A DNA stretch of 64,000 bases, taken from IMG/VR virus record IMGVR_UViG_3300037067_013648; one strand, 5' to 3'. Of the stretch, positions 59,407 through 64,000 are shown piece by piece. The number at the start of each line of letters is the position of its first letter. The stretch's first letter is position 1. The notes below the pieces were generated by a model that saw nothing but the letters and a program-made list of their open reading frames with translations, searched no databases and was not told the origin of the DNA. The DNA comes from an uncultured virus (IMG/VR IMGVR_UViG_3300037067_013648) (Duplodnaviria > Heunggongvirae > Uroviricota > Caudoviricetes). The translations under genes were made by a program, and so were the position numbers.

Positions 59407-60480
59407 TGATGAAGCTATTCTTTTTACTTCATTAAGATCTAGTCCTGGACCACCAGGAAGTGTAATACCTTGTTTCCATAATTTTACAGCTATTGGGAAA
59501 TCTTTGTCGTTAAAGTCAAAATGTCTCCATGGTGGCATTAATGGGATTGGCGGAAATACTGGTCTTGAATCATATCCTAATGAATTTAATATTTTAGATG
59601 CAGTATTATAATAATCATTATCATGTTCGTTTAATACTGAGAACATCCACCATGAATTATGACCTTTATTTGGTGTAATTTGATATTTTAAATGCTTTGG
59701 AATATTTTCTATGTATGTGTTGGCTATATCTGTTAATTTTTGTGAAGTTTGATTTATTCTTAAAAATTGTGAATTGACTAATGCTGCCTGCATTCCAGTA
59801 ATTCTATAATTATATCCTATATCACAGTGCCAGAATCTTTTTCCAGGTTCTTGGGCTTGTCCTCTTAATAATTTGCATCTATTTGCGATATTATCATCGT
59901 CTGTTAAAATAATACCACCCTCGGCCCCACTTAAAAGTTTATTCCCGTACATACTAAATACTGAAGTTTTTCCAAATTTTCCTATTTGTTTTTCGTCATA
60001 TTTTGATGTTAATGCTTCGCATCCATCCTCTATTATTATAAACCCATATTTATTTGACATTTCTGATAATCTATCCATATCAATTGGATTTCCATAATTA
60101 TGAACTGCTATTACTGCGTCAACTTTTGATACTTTACATTTATATTCTAATATATCTAAATCCATATTCCATGTTTTTTCATTTACATCTATGAATACTG
60201 GATATGATTTTACATATTCTACTGCGAATGCTACTGCTGCAAAGCAGCATGCTGGAATTGCTATATTTTTATTTTTTAAATTGGTACTTAATAATGCAAG
60301 GTGTAAAGCTGTGGTACCATTAGAACAGCTTATTGCATGTTTTCTATTTATTAGTGTCTTAAAATTATTTTCAAGTTTATCAACTTCTGGGCTTGCTTGT
60401 GTTATGAATTGTGAGGATACTACTTTATGAACTGCAATTGCATCATCTTCTGTAAATATTTGGTTATAGACTGGTATCAT
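59398..60480 (-). CDS. DegT/DnrJ/EryC1/StrS PLP aminotransferase (perosamine synthetase-like)
   Basis: SNGTTALHLAL, IIEDGCEA, SMYGNKLLSGAEGG and GYNYR. Confidence 0.92.
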   Translation of the reverse strand: MIPVYNQIFTEDDAIAVHKVVSSQFITQASPEVDKLENNFKTLINRKHAISCSNGTTALHLALLSTNLKNKNIAIPACCFAAVAFAVEYVKSYPVFIDVNEKTWNMDLDILEYKCKVSKVDAVIAVHNYGNPIDMDRLSEMSNKYGFIIIEDGCEALTSKYDEKQIGKFGKTSVFSMYGNKLLSGAEGGIILTDDDNIANRCKLLRGQAQEPGKRFWHCDIGYNYRITGMQAALVNSQFLRINQTSQKLTDIANTYIENIPKHLKYQITPNKGHNSWWMFSVLNEHDNDYYNTASKILNSLGYDSRPVFPPIPLMPPWRHFDFNDKDFPIAVKLWKQGITLPGGPGLDLNEVKRIASSLF

Positions 60481-61144
60481 GTTTAAATCCTTGAGTTCAG
60501 AAATAAATTTGTCACCATTTATTTATTTATACGATGTCAATACACTTAGAATTTTTGAATGTGCTAGTACAACATTATTTATGGTTAATACTAAATCAAA
60601 TGATTATGAAAAATCATATTTTATTATTAATAATAGAAAGCCATGTGAATATGATGTTGAATATATGAAGTTATTATATAATAATATTAATAATATAAAT
60701 TTTGACTCAATATTAATATCATATGTTGTTCAAGCTATAATAGAAAATCATGGCGATATAGCAGTTAGTTCTAAAGTTATATCAGAATATTATAGACATA
60801 TTTTTAAATGTGATATATCTGATGAGTATTTATTTGAGATTAATAGATATATTAGAAATGGATATAGTCGTTTATTTTGTAAAGATTTATATAATAATAA
60901 TAATGTATTACAATTAATGCATGTGGCTGCTGTTTTTGATAGTAATAATATATCAAAAAGTGACAATAGTATTAAATTTTTATTTAATAAAATATATAAA
61001 AGAAGCCCACTGTCTCAAGAAATAAATATAATAAAGTCTCTTGACTTAGACTCAGGAATTAAAGGAATAAGAAATGAAGTTATCAAATATCTCAAAGTAC
61101 GTGAAATTAATTTCAGAAGAAGATACTTTGGAAAAGTTAGATAA
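60479..61144 (+). CDS. Hypothetical protein (start uncertain)
   Basis: ORF filling the gap; divergent from the aminotransferase. Confidence 0.5.
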   Translation: MFKSLSSEINLSPFIYLYDVNTLRIFECASTTLFMVNTKSNDYEKSYFIINNRKPCEYDVEYMKLLYNNINNINFDSILISYVVQAIIENHGDIAVSSKVISEYYRHIFKCDISDEYLFEINRYIRNGYSRLFCKDLYNNNNVLQLMHVAAVFDSNNISKSDNSIKFLFNKIYKRSPLSQEINIIKSLDLDSGIKGIRNEVIKYLKVREINFRRRYFGKVR

Positions 61145-61493
61145 GAGTGCTAATACCGAATTAGAAGGAGAAGATGGTTTAGATTCTATAGTTAATAATA
61201 TTGAACCTAAGAAAGATAATTCTGCAATTGATAATTTAGATAATATTGATAATTTAGATAATAAACAAGAATTAAAAGATGATTATAATCCAAAATCTAA
61301 TGTTATTAATGATCCATCAAATAGATCAGGATATACTTTAAAGAATGTAGCTGATCAACTTGATGGGATTGTCAATAATTGGTTTGAATTTGCAATAAAT
61401 ATGAAACCTGATTCTAAAGAAAAGTTTTTAGCTCTTGGTGAAAGAGTTTCAGAAATATCAGATATTTTAAAGAAGGAATTCTCAAATGTCTGA
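61074..61493 (+). CDS. Acidic probable internal head protein
   Basis: MKLSNISKYVKLISE leader; AAGGAA RBS. Confidence 0.6.
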   Translation: MKLSNISKYVKLISEEDTLEKLDKSANTELEGEDGLDSIVNNIEPKKDNSAIDNLDNIDNLDNKQELKDDYNPKSNVINDPSNRSGYTLKNVADQLDGIVNNWFEFAINMKPDSKEKFLALGERVSEISDILKKEFSNV

Positions 61494-62130
61494 TTTTGAT
61501 CCATTTAAACCAATCGATTCTGAAGAGTTTAAAACTAATGATCTTCCGGATGACAAGCCTGAATCAACTTTAGAAAGTGACATAGAAACTGGAATGGATA
61601 GTGATGATATTGAAAATGAAATTGATGCTGAAGCATCACTTGATGATTTTGAATCAGAAGTTAATAAAATATCTGATGAAGATACTGATTTACCTGATGA
61701 ACCAAAATTACCAGAGCCGGTTGATATTAATTTAGAAAATGGTAATATTGAACCAGAAAAACAAATAAAATGGACAGTTGTGCCAACTGATAATAATGAA
61801 ATAAAATCTAAACATGTTGGTGGATTTACATTGAGAGCTAAGCCACTTAGTGCAAAGCAAGGTGAAAAGGTTAAATATATAGTTCAATTATTTAAAAATG
61901 AAAAAATTATAGAAAAGGGAGTTATATGGGTTGATTCTAATAAAGATCCTAGAACATATATTCAAAATGTATCTGATAGAATTTTAAATAAAGTTGGTCT
62001 TGTTTCTAATGAAACTGAGGAACCTGGATTACCAGAAGAACCTGGATTACCAGAAGAACCTGGATTGCCAGAAGAACCTGGATTACCAGAAGAGATTGAA
62101 AAACCTGGATTACCAGAAGAGCCAAAGTAA
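61486..62130 (+). CDS. Acidic protein with an EEPGLP tandem repeat
   Basis: AAGGAA RBS; 214 aa. Confidence 0.7.
   Translation: MSDFDPFKPIDSEEFKTNDLPDDKPESTLESDIETGMDSDDIENEIDAEASLDDFESEVNKISDEDTDLPDEPKLPEPVDINLENGNIEPEKQIKWTVVPTDNNEIKSKHVGGFTLRAKPLSAKQGEKVKYIVQLFKNEKIIEKGVIWVDSNKDPRTYIQNVSDRILNKVGLVSNETEEPGLPEEPGLPEEPGLPEEPGLPEEIEKPGLPEEPK
62017..62115 (+). repeat. 18-bp coding tandem repeat (four tandem units plus one)
   Basis: gaagaacctggattacca units at 62017, 62035, 62053, 62071 and 62098. Confidence 0.9.
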
Positions 62131-63342
62131 TTAATATTCTCCTGGTATTTCTACTAAATCACCCCATACATTTTTATTATTTTTAAAAAAATTGTAGTTT
62201 TGTGATCCAATTATTCCCCATATTACACTGTAATTTCTTTTATTTGGCATATTACATTCACCATCAGTTAAAATAAGATTGGCATTGGCTACTAAATTGT
62301 TTTCTTCAATATATTTTAAAACTGATTCAAAACAAGTTCCGCCACGACCAAGTATTTCAATTTTTTGCCAATCTCCTTTATGATAATTAGTGACTTTTTG
62401 AACCTTGCTATCAAATTCAATCAATGTTATTTTAAATTTTTGAGATATTGATTCAATTTCGCCAAATATTGTTTCTAACATTTTAGTATACATAGATGCG
62501 CTTACATCAACCATTATTGTTAATTTGCTTCCTCCATGTGATGAAGTTCCTTTTATACCAAACTTCATTCTTTTTCTATTAATCCTTGCATATGTTTTTC
62601 TTTTTTGTCCTATTGTTCTACCAAGTAAATTTCTTAAATAATGAATATAGTTAACTTTTGATACTTGTATTTGTTTAATATATTCTGATAAATGTCCAGG
62701 TGTACTACCTGCAGATTTTGATGCTGTTTTAACTATTTCTTTGATGGTTTGACGTGCTTCATCTTTTGATGCATCACTTTTTTTCCAAATATCATGATTA
62801 TCGTGTAACGATACATGAATTGTGTTACCGTTTGATAATTTTAATAACCAACCATTATTGCTATTTATTATTTTAGAGTTTTTAATTATCCATTCTGCTA
62901 CTTCTTCACTTGAATAATTAATAGTATTAAAAAATGATAAATCTATATTTTTCCATTTATCATCATTTGGATCAGGTATGAACATTCCACTGTCTGGAAG
63001 GTTTTCTATTGATTTACTAGTTTTACGTCCATTTATTAACATATCCTGAGATATGTTGTTTATTACATGATGTTTTTCACTTGATCCTATTGGCCTATAT
63101 AAATGCATTCTTACTATATGTTCAATTTCATGTCTTATTACTGCTATTAATTCATCTACAGATAATTTGTTGCACCAATCTTTATTGTAAAAGCAATTTA
63201 TTCTACCACCCCTTTTTATTGCTACTCCCATTGTTCCTACAGTTTCATCCTCGATCCAATCTATTCTATTAGAAAATACACCATACCATGGTTGTGTGAT
63301 TTGTATTTTACATCTTGCATTCATTAACTTATCTTCATTCAT
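62131..63342 (-). CDS. DUF2201-type metallopeptidase/VWA protein
   Basis: HEIEH (HExxH); VDVSASM, GRGGT and ILTDG (VWA MIDAS). Confidence 0.88.
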   Translation of the reverse strand: MNEDKLMNARCKIQITQPWYGVFSNRIDWIEDETVGTMGVAIKRGGRINCFYNKDWCNKLSVDELIAVIRHEIEHIVRMHLYRPIGSSEKHHVINNISQDMLINGRKTSKSIENLPDSGMFIPDPNDDKWKNIDLSFFNTINYSSEEVAEWIIKNSKIINSNNGWLLKLSNGNTIHVSLHDNHDIWKKSDASKDEARQTIKEIVKTASKSAGSTPGHLSEYIKQIQVSKVNYIHYLRNLLGRTIGQKRKTYARINRKRMKFGIKGTSSHGGSKLTIMVDVSASMYTKMLETIFGEIESISQKFKITLIEFDSKVQKVTNYHKGDWQKIEILGRGGTCFESVLKYIEENNLVANANLILTDGECNMPNKRNYSVIWGIIGSQNYNFFKNNKNVWGDLVEIPGEY

Positions 63343-63344
63343 AA

Positions 63345-64000
63345 TTAGCCTTTATTTAAACTTATTTCTTTACCCCATGAAGTTATTTGAACATCCTTTG
63401 CTAATTCTGGATCTTTAATAATGTTATCATACCAAATTCTTGGTTTAGATTGTTTACTTAATAATCTCTGAATTGAAGGATTTATTAGTGCTACACCCCT
63501 TAAGCTTGAATCAAGTTCGTTATTGGTAATGGCACGACAGAATCCAACTGCTAAATCTTTATAGTTATTGTTATTTATTAACCATTTACAGAATGATAAA
63601 GCATTTCTAATTTGTTGTTCAGTTGGATCTTTTATTGACGTAGCCATGTTAGCTACACCATACATAAGACCTTGAACTTCTTGACGTTGCATACTATGTA
63701 ATGATTTACTAACTCTGGTATTAATACCTTCATTCATTATATCTTTTGGATAAATATCTGATGACCATGATTTATACGCTTCAGCTATAGCGTTACCAAC
63801 TAATCCTTGTAATAATTCAGTTCTTATTTTATTTTTATTGATATCATCTTTAAATATAGTAGAATTTTTAATAGCTGTTTCTATTCGCAATACAAATTCC
63901 CATGATCTTGGATTTGGTTCAATAATTAATTCTTCTGCTCCATCTTCTGTTTGAATTAAATGTTCTATATTACCGGCACAAAATTGACTTATTTTGTCTG
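63345..64000 (-). CDS. MoxR/AAA_5 ATPase, C-terminal part (runs off the window)
   Basis: The frame stays open to the edge: ...LIIEPNPRSWEFVLRIETA...; adjacent to the VWA partner. Confidence 0.8.
   Translation of the reverse strand, partial: DKISQFCAGNIEHLIQTEDGAEELIIEPNPRSWEFVLRIETAIKNSTIFKDDINKNKIRTELLQGLVGNAIAEAYKSWSSDIYPKDIMNEGINTRVSKSLHSMQRQEVQGLMYGVANMATSIKDPTEQQIRNALSFCKWLINNNNYKDLAVGFCRAITNNELDSSLRGVALINPSIQRLLSKQSKPRIWYDNIIKDPELAKDVQITSWGKEISLNKG

Noticed and set aside
1..64000. Stop-codon reassignment as in some jumbo phages
   Set aside because: Genes are full length and tightly packed under the standard code, and TAA, TAG and TGA all end conserved genes

Overview
A 64-kb stretch of an AT-rich jumbo myophage with T4-superfamily architecture. 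The head module (prohead protease, scaffold, gp23-like major capsid protein) lies at about 0-8.7 kb. An accessory/early region at about 9-27 kb holds an HNH nuclease plus DNA methyltransferase, a cold-shock protein, an IS110/Nop-domain protein, two DUF29 genes with a nucleotidyltransferase, glycosyltransferases and a sigma-70 factor. A tail module (tape measure, gp53-like wedge, tube-like and hub proteins) spans about 27.7-33.5 kb, followed by free-standing homing endonucleases and an adenosine deaminase. At about 42-60 kb, large fibre-like proteins are interleaved with a GDP-sugar/glycosyltransferase set, and a MoxR-AAA/VWA pair sits at the right edge. Less obvious structure seen directly in the sequence: (i) a helical-repeat gene present once intact and twice as collapsed 5'+3' remnants carrying the same promoter and leader; (ii) a family of N-terminal MKLSxINE-type leaders and a shared D-V-I-E...AGT motif that look like capsid-loading tags, one of them on the sigma factor; (iii) extreme, mirror-image A/C versus G/T strand-skew domains between same-strand genes; (iv) five abutting inverted repeats after the capsid gene; (v) three promoter-like motifs with fixed spacing. 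No tRNA, rRNA, CRISPR or TIGR array was seen. All product calls come from motif recognition by eye, not from database searches.
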